From Escherichia coli (GTDB lineage Bacteria; Pseudomonadota; Gammaproteobacteria; Enterobacterales; Enterobacteriaceae): 64,000 nt of DNA. Where the stretch lies: assembly GCF_003018255.1 (NCBI RefSeq), contig NZ_CP027440.1, one strand, 5' to 3'. Below are positions 37,732-48,137 of this stretch, in pieces. A program made the translations under genes and the position numbers. Every line of letters begins with the position of its first letter. Positions within the stretch are counted from its first letter, which is position 1. Below the pieces are notes generated by a model. It saw nothing but the letters and a program-made list of their open reading frames with translations. It ran no database searches and was not told the DNA's origin.

Positions 37732-40236
37732 TTATTCCTTCGGTTTAAACCGCAGCAACCGGTTGGCGTTACTCACTACGGTAATCGACGAGAGCGCCAT
37801 TGCCGCTCCGGCGACCACCGGGTTAAGCAGCGTACCGGTGAACGGCCACAAAATACCGGCGGCGACCGGAATACCAATGCTGTTGTAGATAAACGCACCG
37901 AGCAGGTTCTGCTTCATGTTGCGCAGCGTTGCGCGGGAAATTGCGAGCGCATCCGCAACACCCATCAGGCTATGGCGCATCAGGGTAATCGCCGCGGTTT
38001 CAATGGCAACATCACTGCCGCCACCCATCGCAATACCGACATCCGCCTGAGCCAGCGCTGGCGCATCGTTAATGCCGTCGCCCACCATTGCTACCTGACG
38101 TCCTTCACTTTGCAGACGTTTGATCGCTTCGGCTTTACCGTCTGGCAGCACGCCGGCTATCACCTCATCAATCCCTGCTTCTTTAGCGATCGCATTGGCG
38201 GTGGTCGGGTTATCCCCGGTTAGCATCACCAGGCGATATCCCGCTTTATGCAGGCGTTGCAGCGCCGCCACGCTATCACTACGCAACGGATCGCGTACAG
38301 CCAGCAGGGCTACCGCTTTCCCGTCAACCGCCAGCAGCACAGGCGTTGCCCCTTGCGATGCCTGAGCTGAAATATCTGCTTCAATTGCTTTGGTATCGAC
38401 CTGTTGGTCATTTAACAGCGCCTGATTACCCAGCAATACCGCATGACCTTCAGCTTCACCGCTCACACCCAGCCCGCGCAATGTGCGGAAACCGTTGACC
38501 TGCGGCAGCTGCATATCACCTGCTTTATCGAGGATCGCCCGTGCCAGCGGGTGGCTGGAACCTTGCTCCAGCGCCGCCGCCAGACGCAGCGCCTGCGCTT
38601 CATCAACATCAGCAAATGTTTTTACTGCGACAACCTGCGGCTTCCCTTCGGTCAGCGTCCCGGTTTTATCGAACACCACGGTGTCGAGCGTACTGGCGCG
38701 TTGCAGCGCGTCGGCGTCCCGCACCAGCACGCCAAACTCAGCCGCCCGCCCGACGCCCGAAATAATCGACATCGGCGTCGCCAGTCCCAGCGCACACGGA
38801 CAGGCGATAATCAGCACCGTGGTGGCAATCACCAGGGTATAAACAATTTGCGGTGCCGGGCCAAAGAAATACCAGATTGCCGCACTGACCAGCGCAATGA
38901 CTACCACCACCGGCACAAACACAGCGGAGATTTTATCCGCCAGTTGACCGATTTCTGGCTTGCTGCTCTGGGCCTGTCGCACCATGCGAATGATCCGTGA
39001 CAGCGTAGTATGGCTGCCGACCGCACTGGCGCGAAACAGCACACTGCCGTCCTGTACCACTGTCCCGGCATGGACGCTATCGCCTTCGCCTTTTTGCTGC
39101 GGGATTGGTTCGCCCGTCAGCATCGCTTCATCCAGCCACGCTTCGCCCTGGGTAATTTCACCATCTACCGGCACCCGATCACCCGTCGTCAGGCGCAGCA
39201 ACATACCTGGCTGAACATCTGCCAGCGGCACGTTTTTTTCACCTTCGTTGGTGACCAGGCGCGCCGTCGGTGGGGTTAAATCGAGTAATTTCTCCAGCGC
39301 CTTAGAAGAACGCTGACGTGCGCGCGCTTCCAGCATATGACCGAGATTAATCAGACCGATAATCATCGCACTGGCTTCATAGTAAAGATGTCGCGCTTCC
39401 ATCGGGAACCACTGCGGCCACAGGTTGACGCTCATTGAATAGAGCCACGCCACGCCCGTACCCAGCGCCACCAGCGTATCCATCGTCGCTGCACCGTTCA
39501 GCAGGCTTTTCCATGCGCTGCGGTAAAAATGGCCGCCGGCGAAAACCATTACCGCCAGGGTTATCAGGCCGATAACCAACCACAGGCTGCGGTTGTCGGC
39601 GGTGACCATCATGTTATCGCCGATCATCCCCCAGACCATCACCGGGATACCCACCGCCAGTGCGACAATCGCCTGCCAGCGGAAGCGCTTCATCGTAGCG
39701 ACGGCGGTTTCTTGCTGGCGCTCGCGGCGTTTAGCGTCATCTTCAATCGCTTCCGCGCCGTAGCCCGCTTTTTCCACCGCCTGCACTAAATCTTGTGGGG
39801 AGGCACTGCCCATCACCAGCGCAGTACGCTCCGCCAGGTTTACCCGTGCCTGAGTGACGCCCGGTACGCTTTGCAACGCATTTTGTACGCGGGTGACACA
39901 GCTGGCGCAGCTCATGCCGCTCAGCAGCAACTGCTGGCTGTCATCGTCATCGGCGGTCGCTGCCGGAAGCGCCTCAGAAACCGCTGTCAGTGCTTCCGAC
40001 GGGATTGATGACTCCGCCAGCGGTTTAGCCTTTGGGTGGCTTACAGATGCGTCATAACCCGCTTGTTTGATGGTTTCGATCAGCTGTTCTGCACTGGCAG
40101 TCCCGGTAACGTGCGCTTCAGTGACAGACACATCCGCCTGCTCAACATCCGGGCGCTGTTCGAGACTTTCTTTCACGCGTTTAACGCAGTGACCGCAGGA
40201 CAGGCCGTCCAGGGTCAGGTCGATAGTTTGTGACAT
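37732..40236 (-). CDS. copA: Cu(I)-translocating P1B-type ATPase CopA (834 aa)
   Basis: Two N-terminal GMSCASC/GLSCGHC metal-binding domains, CPC motif, DKTGT phosphorylation site. Confidence 0.97.
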   Translation of the reverse strand: MSQTIDLTLDGLSCGHCVKRVKESLEQRPDVEQADVSVTEAHVTGTASAEQLIETIKQAGYDASVSHPKAKPLAESSIPSEALTAVSEALPAATADDDDSQQLLLSGMSCASCVTRVQNALQSVPGVTQARVNLAERTALVMGSASPQDLVQAVEKAGYGAEAIEDDAKRRERQQETAVATMKRFRWQAIVALAVGIPVMVWGMIGDNMMVTADNRSLWLVIGLITLAVMVFAGGHFYRSAWKSLLNGAATMDTLVALGTGVAWLYSMSVNLWPQWFPMEARHLYYEASAMIIGLINLGHMLEARARQRSSKALEKLLDLTPPTARLVTNEGEKNVPLADVQPGMLLRLTTGDRVPVDGEITQGEAWLDEAMLTGEPIPQQKGEGDSVHAGTVVQDGSVLFRASAVGSHTTLSRIIRMVRQAQSSKPEIGQLADKISAVFVPVVVVIALVSAAIWYFFGPAPQIVYTLVIATTVLIIACPCALGLATPMSIISGVGRAAEFGVLVRDADALQRASTLDTVVFDKTGTLTEGKPQVVAVKTFADVDEAQALRLAAALEQGSSHPLARAILDKAGDMQLPQVNGFRTLRGLGVSGEAEGHAVLLGNQALLNDQQVDTKAIEADISAQASQGATPVLLAVDGKAVALLAVRDPLRSDSVAALQRLHKAGYRLVMLTGDNPTTANAIAKEAGIDEVIAGVLPDGKAEAIKRLQSEGRQVAMVGDGINDAPALAQADVGIAMGGGSDVAIETAAITLMRHSLMGVADALAISRATLRNMKQNLLGAFIYNSIGIPVAAGILWPFTGTLLNPVVAGAAMALSSITVVSNANRLLRFKPKE

Positions 40237-40284
40237 AAAACACTCCTTTTAAGACAGTTTTGACTGGCTGTGATAAAGGTTAAA

Positions 40285-40303
40285 CCTTCCAGCAAGGGGA
40301 AGG
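40285..40303. promoter_or_regulatory. CueR (MerR-family) operator CCTTCCagcaaggGGAAGG in the copA promoter
   Basis: Perfect 6/6 inverted repeat with 7-bp spacer, about 50 bp upstream of the copA start. Confidence 0.85.
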
Positions 40304-40498
40304 TCAAGAAATTAATAAACCAGGCGGGTAAAAGTCCGTAAAGATTAAAAAATCGGCTCGATTTGCATCAGGATTAGACATTTATCTCTTTGTTTTCCTG
40401 TAGTTAAGTTGCGGGTGCTAAGTTAAATCAGGATGCCTGAAAATTGGCACCGGGGTGAGGAATTACCTCCCGCATCTATAAAAAGGAGTTAACAAAAG

Positions 40499-41431
40499 AT
40501 GTTAGATGCAAACAAATTACAGCAGGCAGTGGATCAGGCTTACACCCAATTTCACTCACTTAACGGCGGACAAAATGCCGACTACATTCCCTTTCTGGCG
40601 AATGTACCTGGTCAACTGGCAGCAGTGGCTATTGTGACCTGCGATGGCAACATCTATCGCGCGGGTGATAGTGATTACCGCTTTGCGCTAGAATCCATCT
40701 CGAAAGTCTGTACGTTAGCCCTTGCGTTAGAAGATGTCGGCCCGCAGGCGGTACAGGACAAAGTTGGCGCTGACCCGACCGGATTGCCCTTTAACTCAGT
40801 TATCGCCTTAGAGTTGCATGGCGGCAAACCGCTGTCGCCACTGGTAAATGCTGGCGCTATTGCCACCACCAGCCTGATTAACGCTGAAAATGCCGAACAA
40901 CGCTGGCAGCGAATTTTACATATCCAACAACAACTGGCTGGTGAGCAGGTAGCGCTCTCTGATGAAGTCAACCAGTCGGAACAAACAACCAACTTCCATA
41001 ACCGGGCCATTGCCTGGCTGCTGTACTCCGCCGGATATCTCTATTGTGATGCAATGGAAGCCTGTGACGTGTACACCCGTCAGTGCTCCACGCTCATCAA
41101 TACTGTTGAACTGGCAACGCTTGGCGCGACGCTGGCGGCGGGTGGTGTGAATCCGCTGACGCATAAACGCGTTCTTCAGGCCGACAACGTGCCGTACATT
41201 CTGGCTGAAATGATGATGGAAGGGCTGTATGGTCGCTCCGGTGACTGGGCGTATCGCGTTGGTTTACCGGGCAAAAGCGGTGTAGGTGGCGGTATTCTGG
41301 CGGTCGTCCCTGGCGTGATGGGAATTGCCGCGTTCTCACCACCGCTGGACGAAGAAGGCAACAGTGTTCGCGGTCAAAAAATGGTGGCATCGGTCGCTAA
41401 GCAACTCGGCTATAACGTGTTTAAGGGCTGA
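40499..41431 (+). CDS. glsA: Glutaminase 1 (GlsA/YbaS), 310 aa
   Basis: Full ORF, serine-dependent glutaminase family. Confidence 0.93.
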   Translation: MLDANKLQQAVDQAYTQFHSLNGGQNADYIPFLANVPGQLAAVAIVTCDGNIYRAGDSDYRFALESISKVCTLALALEDVGPQAVQDKVGADPTGLPFNSVIALELHGGKPLSPLVNAGAIATTSLINAENAEQRWQRILHIQQQLAGEQVALSDEVNQSEQTTNFHNRAIAWLLYSAGYLYCDAMEACDVYTRQCSTLINTVELATLGATLAAGGVNPLTHKRVLQADNVPYILAEMMMEGLYGRSGDWAYRVGLPGKSGVGGGILAVVPGVMGIAAFSPPLDEEGNSVRGQKMVASVAKQLGYNVFKG

Positions 41432-41433
41432 TC

Positions 41434-42726
41434 ATGATGAACACGGAAGGTAATAACGATAACAAACCCCTCGGTCTATGGAACGTCGTTTCCATCGGTA
41501 TTGGGGCAATGGTGGGGGCGGGGATCTTCGCGCTGCTGGGGCAGGCTGCGTTGCTAATGGAAGCCTCGACCTGGGTCGCCTTTGCTTTTGGCGGTATTGT
41601 GGCGATGTTTTCCGGTTATGCCTATGCGCGCCTAGGGGCGAGCTATCCCAGCAATGGCGGTATTATCGACTTCTTTCGTCGCGGATTAGGCAACGGCGTC
41701 TTTTCGCTGGCACTCTCGTTATTGTACCTGTTGACGCTGGCGGTGAGCATCGCCATGGTCGCCCGTGCTTTTGGCGCTTATGCCGTGCAGTTTTTGCATG
41801 AAGGCAGTCAGGAGGAGCACCTTATATTGCTCTACGCGTTGGGGATCATTGCGGTGATGACGCTTTTCAACTCCTTAAGCAACCATGCGGTAGGGCGGCT
41901 GGAAGTGATCCTCGTCGGCATTAAAATGATGATCCTGTTATTGCTGATCATTGCCGGTGTCTGGTCGCTGCAACCGGCGCATATTTCCGTCTCTGCGCCC
42001 CCCAGCTCCGGTGCGTTCTTCTCCTGTATCGGGATAACCTTCCTTGCCTATGCGGGCTTTGGCATGATGGCGAACGCGGCGGATAAAGTGAAAGATCCGC
42101 AGGTCATTATGCCACGGGCGTTTCTGGTGGCGATTGGCGTTACCACGTTGCTTTATATCTCGCTGGCGCTGGTTTTGCTTAGCGATGTATCGGCATTAGA
42201 GTTAGAAAAATATGCCGATACCGCCGTAGCGCAGGCTGCTTCTCCGCTGCTCGGGCATGTGGGTTATGTGATCGTCGTCATCGGCGCTTTACTGGCGACG
42301 GCTTCAGCCATAAACGCGAACCTGTTCGCCGTGTTTAACATCATGGACAACATGGGCAGCGAACGCGAACTGCCGAAGCTAATGAATAAATCCCTGTGGC
42401 GGCAGAGTACCTGGGGCAACATCATTGTCGTGGTGCTGATTATGCTGATGACGGCGGCGCTGAATTTAGGCTCACTCGCCAGCGTTGCCAGCGCCACCTT
42501 TTTGATCTGCTATCTGGCGGTGTTTGTGGTGGCGATCCGCCTGCGTCATGATATTCACGCCTCGTTGCCGATTCTTATCGTTGGTACGTTGGTTATGTTG
42601 TTGGTGATCGTTGGCTTTATCTACAGTCTCTGGTCCCAGGGCAGCCGTGCGCTGATATGGATTATTGGCGCACTCTTACTCAGCCTTATTGTGGCAATGG
42701 TCATGAAGCGCAATAAAACTGTATAA
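41434..42726 (+). CDS. ybaT: APC-family amino acid permease YbaT (430 aa)
   Basis: 12-TM permease, 3 nt after glsA (operon). Confidence 0.9.
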   Translation: MMNTEGNNDNKPLGLWNVVSIGIGAMVGAGIFALLGQAALLMEASTWVAFAFGGIVAMFSGYAYARLGASYPSNGGIIDFFRRGLGNGVFSLALSLLYLLTLAVSIAMVARAFGAYAVQFLHEGSQEEHLILLYALGIIAVMTLFNSLSNHAVGRLEVILVGIKMMILLLLIIAGVWSLQPAHISVSAPPSSGAFFSCIGITFLAYAGFGMMANAADKVKDPQVIMPRAFLVAIGVTTLLYISLALVLLSDVSALELEKYADTAVAQAASPLLGHVGYVIVVIGALLATASAINANLFAVFNIMDNMGSERELPKLMNKSLWRQSTWGNIIVVVLIMLMTAALNLGSLASVASATFLICYLAVFVVAIRLRHDIHASLPILIVGTLVMLLVIVGFIYSLWSQGSRALIWIIGALLLSLIVAMVMKRNKTV

Positions 42727-42850
42727 CATCTCTCTGTGCGCAGTACCTCCTGTATTATTGTGGTGGCGGTCGATATTCGCACTGGCAAAAAAACGTGCTT
42801 GAATATCTGTTGAAACCCTTTAACAAAGCACAGGAGGCGTTGCGCGAACG

Positions 42851-43258
42851 ATGAACATTAGCGATGTAGCAAAAATTACCGGCCTGACCAGCAAAGCCAT
42901 TCGCTTCTATGAAGAGAAGGGGCTGGTGACGCCGCCGATGCGCAGCGAAAACGGTTATCGCACCTACACGCAGCAGCATCTCAACGAACTGACCTTACTG
43001 CGCCAGGCACGCCAGGTGGGCTTTAACCTGGAGGAGAGCGGCGAACTGGTGAATCTGTTTAACGATCCGCAGCGTCACAGCGCCGACGTCAAACGTCGTA
43101 CGCTGGAGAAAGTGGCGGAGATCGAACAGCATATCGAAGAACTGCAATCCATGCGTAACCAGCTGCTGGCGCTGGCGAATGCCTGCCCCGGTGATGACAG
43201 CGCCGACTGCCCGATTATCGAAAATCTCTCCGGCTGCTGTCATCATCGGGCGGGGTGA
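42851..43258 (+). CDS. cueR: Copper-responsive MerR-family regulator CueR (135 aa)
   Basis: Mer[30 protein letters not shown]; C-terminal CxGxxxxDC Cu(I)-binding loop. Confidence 0.95.
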   Translation: MNISDVAKITGLTSKAIRFYEEKGLVTPPMRSENGYRTYTQQHLNELTLLRQARQVGFNLEESGELVNLFNDPQRHSADVKRRTLEKVAEIEQHIEELQSMRNQLLALANACPGDDSADCPIIENLSGCCHHRAG

Positions 43259-43771
43259 TTAAGGCTTGCGAAAATAGTCGTCCATTATTTTCGTCAGCTC
43301 CGGACGTTCCCCGTCATCATTGATGGCAAAATCCAGAAAAAAAGCATCTGCTTGCGGCGTTCGGTTTTGCGCCATCAACCGGAAGGTGAGGGGGCCTGAC
43401 CAGGTTTCGGATGGGCTGATGTGCTTATCAGGGCCGAAACTCTCCCATGCGTTGGGCGGTAATGTTTTGCACGCGGTGAGTTTTGGTATGTGGTATTGCA
43501 GCTCTGTTTTGTGCAGACATTCCCCGCCAGGAAATACCAGGGTTTGTTGCTCATCATTAAAATGGGTTGCCGTGCTGAGCACCAGTGTTTTGAGCGGTCG
43601 CCCTTCCAGCGCGGCGGCAGTAGCCTTATGGTGTCCGTCGAGCAGAACGCAGAGATAGGAATCAGGGAGATACCAGGCCAGAGCGCGGGCGATTCCAGTT
43701 TTCGAGAGCAGACAAAAACCGGGCGGCTCCCTGTTCACCCTCCGCAAAACCGCTGTAGACAAATTCCGCAC
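43259..43771 (-). CDS. Hypothetical protein (170 aa), probably the 3' part of a frameshifted gene; abuts the cueR stop
   Basis: ORF on the minus strand; the overlapping upstream ORF 43735..43989 on the same strand in another frame suggests a single gene of about 240 aa broken by a frameshift. No family recognised. Confidence 0.4.
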   Translation of the reverse strand: MRNLSTAVLRRVNREPPGFCLLSKTGIARALAWYLPDSYLCVLLDGHHKATAAALEGRPLKTLVLSTATHFNDEQQTLVFPGGECLHKTELQYHIPKLTACKTLPPNAWESFGPDKHISPSETWSGPLTFRLMAQNRTPQADAFFLDFAINDDGERPELTKIMDDYFRKP

Positions 43772-43989
43772 AGGTAGGGCAACCAGCCTCGGACCAGAAA
43801 CGTATTAACGGGACATCCTTGCCAGCAGAGCGAATGGATAAGACCGTGCGAGTGCGGATCGTAAATCACACATTGACGCAGAAATCCTTTCCCGGACTTC
43901 ACCGAAAAAATGACGCCCGCAGCGGTATTTTTCAGCAGACGTACTTCAGGTTTTCGAAAGGGGAAAAAGCATGGCCACTCCTTAGCCAA
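43735..43989 (-). pseudogene. 5' part of the same putative frameshifted gene (84-aa ORF, Cys/His-rich: DPHSHG, CWQGCP, CGIC)
   Basis: Overlaps the start of ORF 43259..43771 by 37 nt in a different frame on the same strand. Confidence 0.3.
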
Positions 43990-44060
43990 AATTTCAGTTC
44001 CCTGAACTGTGCCAGAAAATTACGCTGGTGACTATTGCTCTGGAAATGGAAACAGTGTCC

Positions 44061-44267
44061 TTACCCATTAATCCCCGTTTGTACCGAAAGAATATGTTGC
44101 AAACTTTCTACCATAATGCGCCCCGACTGAAATAAGCCTTCCTGGATTTCATTGTTAACATTCACAGCGTGAACCAGGGAGGCTAATAACACCACTTGCA
44201 AGAAGGCAAAAATAAACGCACCGATAATCATAATATGCGTCAGGGGGATTTTCCTTTGCTCCTTCAT
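44061..44267 (-). CDS. Small hydrophobic protein (68 aa, single TM) translationally coupled to the upstream lipoprotein
   Basis: ATGA start/stop overlap with ORF 44264..44686; TM segment IIGAFIFAFLQVVLLASLV. Confidence 0.45.
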   Translation of the reverse strand: MKEQRKIPLTHIMIIGAFIFAFLQVVLLASLVHAVNVNNEIQEGLFQSGRIMVESLQHILSVQTGING

Positions 44268-44686
44268 TTTAAATAACCCACAAACTGGCCTTCTTTCATT
44301 AAGGCGACTTTTCCTGTGTGATGATAAACAATGACATTATACAGACCCGACTGATAAACCGTGGCATCGGCATTATCTTCATCTATGGCACATAATGAAT
44401 CATTGAGATAAGCAAAATTCTTACTACTCATTCTAAAGGTCATGCCAAATCCTTTATAAATGGCTTTTTTTGCCGCCTGGGCATGTTGTGCGGCTTCTGC
44501 ATTTTTAAATGCCTGCGCTTCAGAAGCACTTAAAATAGCCGTCTGGCGCTGCTGTTCTGCGAGATAACAGGTGTCATGGCTGACGCCCTGCGCCTGACAA
44601 TCTGCGATGCGGGAAGCGGGTGAGCTACAGCCAGCCAGTAATATAACCGCCAGCAGGGAAAAGGATTTAATGGAGCTATTCATCAT
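44264..44686 (-). CDS. Lipoprotein (140 aa), possibly a TAA-biogenesis helper
   Basis: Signal peptide plus lipobox LLAGC; located directly downstream of the YadA-anchor adhesin gene. Confidence 0.6.
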   Translation of the reverse strand: MMNSSIKSFSLLAVILLAGCSSPASRIADCQAQGVSHDTCYLAEQQRQTAILSASEAQAFKNAEAAQHAQAAKKAIYKGFGMTFRMSSKNFAYLNDSLCAIDEDNADATVYQSGLYNVIVYHHTGKVALMKEGQFVGYLK

Positions 44687-44771
44687 TGTTAACCTTAAAT
44701 AATGTGCGAATTAATGAAGAGGTGAAACCCGGCAAGCTTCCTTGCTCTTATTTATATTGAGGATTGAAATA

Positions 44772-45788
44772 TTAGAACGAATATCCTACGCCGACACCTG
44801 CGCCGAAATCAGATTGCGTATCCGCAGAAATACCGGCTTTAAGTACCGTATGCGTTCCGGCATTAAAAGATGTTCCGACAGACACCGCAGATTCACCGTT
44901 GAAGGTTCCCGCTCCCGCTGACACCATCATCACGTCACCGGTTTTAACCTGTGGTTGTGAGGCGATAGCGATGGCAGATGCAGTTCCCGCATTGGCTTCT
45001 TTACGGTTGTCCTCAACTTCGTTTTTCAGCGAACTGTAATGGTTATTGAGCGTGTTAATTTGTTGGCTGTTATCTGCGACCCGTTTTTGCGTGTTGCTTA
45101 ACTGTTGCTGCGTTTGTGCGGAATCTTGTCTCAGACTTTCAATTTGCTCATGTGCCTGGACAGACTTCTGCGCCAGACTTTGCATTTGTTTATCGTATTG
45201 AGCCCTTTCTTTTTGCTGTTGTGCTGCCACATCGGTTGTCAGTGCATTCATTTTCTGCCCTTGTTCCGTGGTAGTGCGCTGATTAGCCTCATTTTGAGCC
45301 GCCAGTCTGGCATTAATCATCTCCTGATAATGCGCAGTATTTTGCGTATCTCCAGTCGCGGCGAGCGTTTTTTGTGTGGCTACGATCTGCGCCTGTTGCT
45401 CTGTAATTTGCGTTTGCTGGGCATCAGTTACCGCAGACTGTCGGGCGTTGATCATGCTCTGATAACGGGCAGGTGTCTGTGTATCACCTGTAGCGGCAAC
45501 GGTTTTTTGTCCTGCGTCAGGATCTGTCTGGACAGTGGGAGTCTGAGTGGTATCAGGTGTTTCAGAAGGGATGTAGTGATGTTCAGTCAAATAGGTATAC
45601 GCAGCGGGGCTGTTGTCTGTGCGTTCTAAAAAGCGGGTAATCTTCTGCTCAATCTCCGATTGCGACATGCCAGAGTTAATGGCTGAAAGCTCTGTTGCCG
45701 CCGCTTCAATGGTATCACCAGCTAAAACAACAGGGCTGGATGTTGCTGAAATTATGAGTGCCAGTAAAGCTACGTTTACAGTTTTCAT
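44772..45788 (-). CDS. Small trimeric-autotransporter-like adhesin (338 aa): signal peptide, Q-rich coiled-coil stalk with a tandem 43-aa repeat, C-terminal YadA-type beta-barrel anchor
   Basis: N-terminal signal MKTVNVALLALIISATSSPVVLAGD. Repeats ...AATGDTQTPARYQSMINARQSAV... and ...AATGDTQNTAHYQEMINARLAAQ.... C-terminus AIAIASQPQV...GAGVGVGYSF matches the YadA anchor (terminal aromatic). Confidence 0.7.
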   Translation of the reverse strand: MKTVNVALLALIISATSSPVVLAGDTIEAAATELSAINSGMSQSEIEQKITRFLERTDNSPAAYTYLTEHHYIPSETPDTTQTPTVQTDPDAGQKTVAATGDTQTPARYQSMINARQSAVTDAQQTQITEQQAQIVATQKTLAATGDTQNTAHYQEMINARLAAQNEANQRTTTEQGQKMNALTTDVAAQQQKERAQYDKQMQSLAQKSVQAHEQIESLRQDSAQTQQQLSNTQKRVADNSQQINTLNNHYSSLKNEVEDNRKEANAGTASAIAIASQPQVKTGDVMMVSAGAGTFNGESAVSVGTSFNAGTHTVLKAGISADTQSDFGAGVGVGYSF

Positions 45789-45822
45789 TCATTTTCTCTT
45801 GTTCAAAATAAGTCGCATTAAT

Positions 45823-45839
45823 GTTTCTATAAGAAACAA
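45823..45839. promoter_or_regulatory. Palindrome TGTTTCTaTAAGAAACA in the island's divergent promoter region
   Basis: Perfect inverted repeat, 35 bp upstream of the adhesin start codon. Confidence 0.45.
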
Positions 45840-45948
45840 ATAATATTATTTTAAGAAATAAACTGCGTTGCAATTTAATCGAAATCTACGCCGCCATTTG
45901 TGTGATGTAAAGCGCATTTTTGTCTGGTGTAAGCGTAAACACCACCAA

Positions 45949-45969
45949 TAAGAAACAAAAAATGTTTCT
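45949..45969. promoter_or_regulatory. Second palindrome AAGAAACAaaaaaTGTTTCTT, same half-site in the opposite arrangement
   Basis: Shares the TGTTTCT/AGAAACA half-sites with the first palindrome about 125 bp away. Confidence 0.45.
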
Positions 45970-46154
45970 TATATAAATAAAATCGAAAATCATTTTGTGC
46001 TCTTTCAATGTAAAAAAGAGTAAAGACTTGTTTTGATAAGCGAAATAAATTCTGTTTCTGGACTAAACGTGAAGCGGTTCCTGATGTGTGCTAAAATGCG
46101 TTTCTTTGATAAATCTCAATTTTTAAGAGGTTTACGCCAGGCAGGAAAATTTAA

Positions 46155-46517
46155 ATGAATGAATTTGAGAAGATTTTTAATGAAATGAATCTGGACCGGG
46201 CATTGTTACCGATCCTTTTTCGTTCGAACCGGTCGACAGTGTGGAAGTATTTAAGCGGCGATAGTACGGCTCCTGCCTCTGCCATGTCGCTGATCATGCT
46301 GTTGCAGTTGATCCAGAAACGAAACCCCGATCTGTTAGCCGAATGGTTAACGCTTTCTGATTTCACCATTCCGCCAGAAGTTTACCTGGACCAACCTGAT
46401 TACTGGAAAGGGTGGGTGTATACCCAACACAAGGTCAATAAAAACGTCCTGGAATATCTAAAAAAACACTATCCGGATGAAGACCAAAAAAGTATGGGTA
46501 AAGGCCGGGAAGAGTAA
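46155..46517 (+). CDS. Hypothetical 120-aa protein with a possible HTH (RSNRSTVWKYLSGDSTAPASAMSLIMLL), divergent from the adhesin operon
   Basis: ORF with RBS AAGAGG 9 nt upstream; XRE/Cro-like pattern (STV.+.L.G...P). Confidence 0.45.
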   Translation: MNEFEKIFNEMNLDRALLPILFRSNRSTVWKYLSGDSTAPASAMSLIMLLQLIQKRNPDLLAEWLTLSDFTIPPEVYLDQPDYWKGWVYTQHKVNKNVLEYLKKHYPDEDQKSMGKGREE

Positions 46518-46538
46518 TTTTGCCTCTACTCGGCTATA

Positions 46539-46626
46539 TGCCGGATGCGGCGCAAGCGCCTTATCTGGCCTACGATTCGGGCATATTTTGTAGGCATGAT
46601 AAGACGCGCCAGCGTCGCATCAGGCG
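46539..46626. repeat. REP/BIME element pair at the island/ybbJ boundary
   Basis: GCCGGATGCGGCGCAAGCGCCTTATCTGGCCTACG ... GTAGGCATGATAAGACGCGCCAGCGTCGCATCAGGCG. Confidence 0.75.
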
Positions 46627-47078
46627 ATGACCGCACGGATAATCAGCGTTATCCCTTCTATCGCAATCACCTCAACATGCGTACCTGCACTGAGATCCTC
46701 GCTGGCGCTGACAGGCCATGAACTGTCACCGACGCGCATATGACCACGCCCGTTGACCAGCGGAGATTCCAGAACAAAACGTCGGCCAATCAACTGCTGC
46801 CCGCGCTGGTTTAAATGACTGTCGCTGTGCTTTTGTTCGCGCACCCGCCGCGACAACCATTTCCACCACAGCCAGGCGGCGAGCAGCGTCAGGACGGCAA
46901 ACATTACCCCTTGCCACTCCCAACCCAGCGGCAGCAACCAGACCACCAGACCGGTAATCACCGCTGCCACGCCGCTCCACAACAGATAACCATTGCCGCC
47001 CAACATCTCGGCTGCCAGCAGCAAACCGCCGAGACTTAGCCAGAAAATATGTGGATGAACGACCATTAACTCCATCAT
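46620..47078 (-). CDS. ybbJ: NfeD-like inner membrane protein YbbJ (152 aa)
   Basis: Full ORF with TM N-terminus and OB-fold C-terminus; overlaps qmcA by 4 nt. Confidence 0.9.
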   Translation of the reverse strand: MMELMVVHPHIFWLSLGGLLLAAEMLGGNGYLLWSGVAAVITGLVVWLLPLGWEWQGVMFAVLTLLAAWLWWKWLSRRVREQKHSDSHLNQRGQQLIGRRFVLESPLVNGRGHMRVGDSSWPVSASEDLSAGTHVEVIAIEGITLIIRAVIA

Positions 47079-47992
47079 GGCTGAGTCCGTTTGTTGGCGC
47101 TGTCTTTCACCAGCTCAGCAATCCCGGCAATCGACCCCATCAGGCTGCTGGCCTCTAATGGCATCATCACCACTTTGCTGTTACTGGACGAACCGATCTG
47201 CTGTAACGCTTCGGTGTATTTCTGTGCGACGAAGTAGTTCACCGCCTGAATATCACCGGAGGCAATGGCTTCAGACACCATTTTAGTGGCGCGGGCTTCT
47301 GCTTCAGCGGAACGTTCACGCGCTTCAGCCTGTAAAAACGCCGACTGACGTTCGCCTTCCGCTTTCAGGATTTGCGACTGTTTTTCACCTTCGGCTTTGA
47401 GGATTTCCGCCTGACGGATCCCTTCCGCTTCAAGGATGTAAGCGCGTTTGGTACGTTCCGCTTTCATCTGCGCGTTCATTGAAGAGATAAGCTCTGCCGG
47501 TGGGCGCACGTCGCGAATTTCAATACGGGTGACTTTAATCCCCCACGGGTTGGTGGCCTCATCGACAATACGCAGCAGGCGTGAGTTGATGCTGTCGCGC
47601 TGAGAGAGCATTTCGTCAAGTTCCATTGAACCCAGCACGGTACGGATGTTAGTCATGGTCAGGTTGATGATCGCCAGCTCCAGATTGCTGACTTCATAAG
47701 CCGCGCGCGGCGCGTCAATCACCTGAATAAAGCACACGGCGTCGATGGTAACGTTGGCGTTATCTTTCGAGATAACTTCCTGGGAAGGGATATCGAGCAC
47801 TTGCTCCATCATATTGATCTTGCGACCAATGCGATCCATAAACGGCACCACCAGACTGAGCCCCGGCTGTAACGTTTTGGTATAGCGACCAAAACGTTCT
47901 ACTGTCCACTGATAGCCCTGCGGCACGATTTTGACGCCCGCGCCGACAATGACCAGCGCGACAAAAATGAGAATCGGGATAAAGATAAGCAT
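47075..47992 (-). CDS. qmcA: SPFH/stomatin-family protein QmcA (YbbK), 305 aa
   Basis: Full ORF, N-terminal TM plus band-7 domain. Confidence 0.93.
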   Translation of the reverse strand: MLIFIPILIFVALVIVGAGVKIVPQGYQWTVERFGRYTKTLQPGLSLVVPFMDRIGRKINMMEQVLDIPSQEVISKDNANVTIDAVCFIQVIDAPRAAYEVSNLELAIINLTMTNIRTVLGSMELDEMLSQRDSINSRLLRIVDEATNPWGIKVTRIEIRDVRPPAELISSMNAQMKAERTKRAYILEAEGIRQAEILKAEGEKQSQILKAEGERQSAFLQAEARERSAEAEARATKMVSEAIASGDIQAVNYFVAQKYTEALQQIGSSSNSKVVMMPLEASSLMGSIAGIAELVKDSANKRTQP

Positions 47993-48137
47993 CGGAAAAA
48001 CCTCCTGTTGTACCGTCCATAATCAGCAAAATTGCTGCTTGATTAAACAAATTATACCTGATTACTGAAAGAGAGTTCCCCCTTATTCCTGCGAAGGATA
48101 AACTGTTTTTAGTAAAAATCAGAAAAAGGGAACAGTG

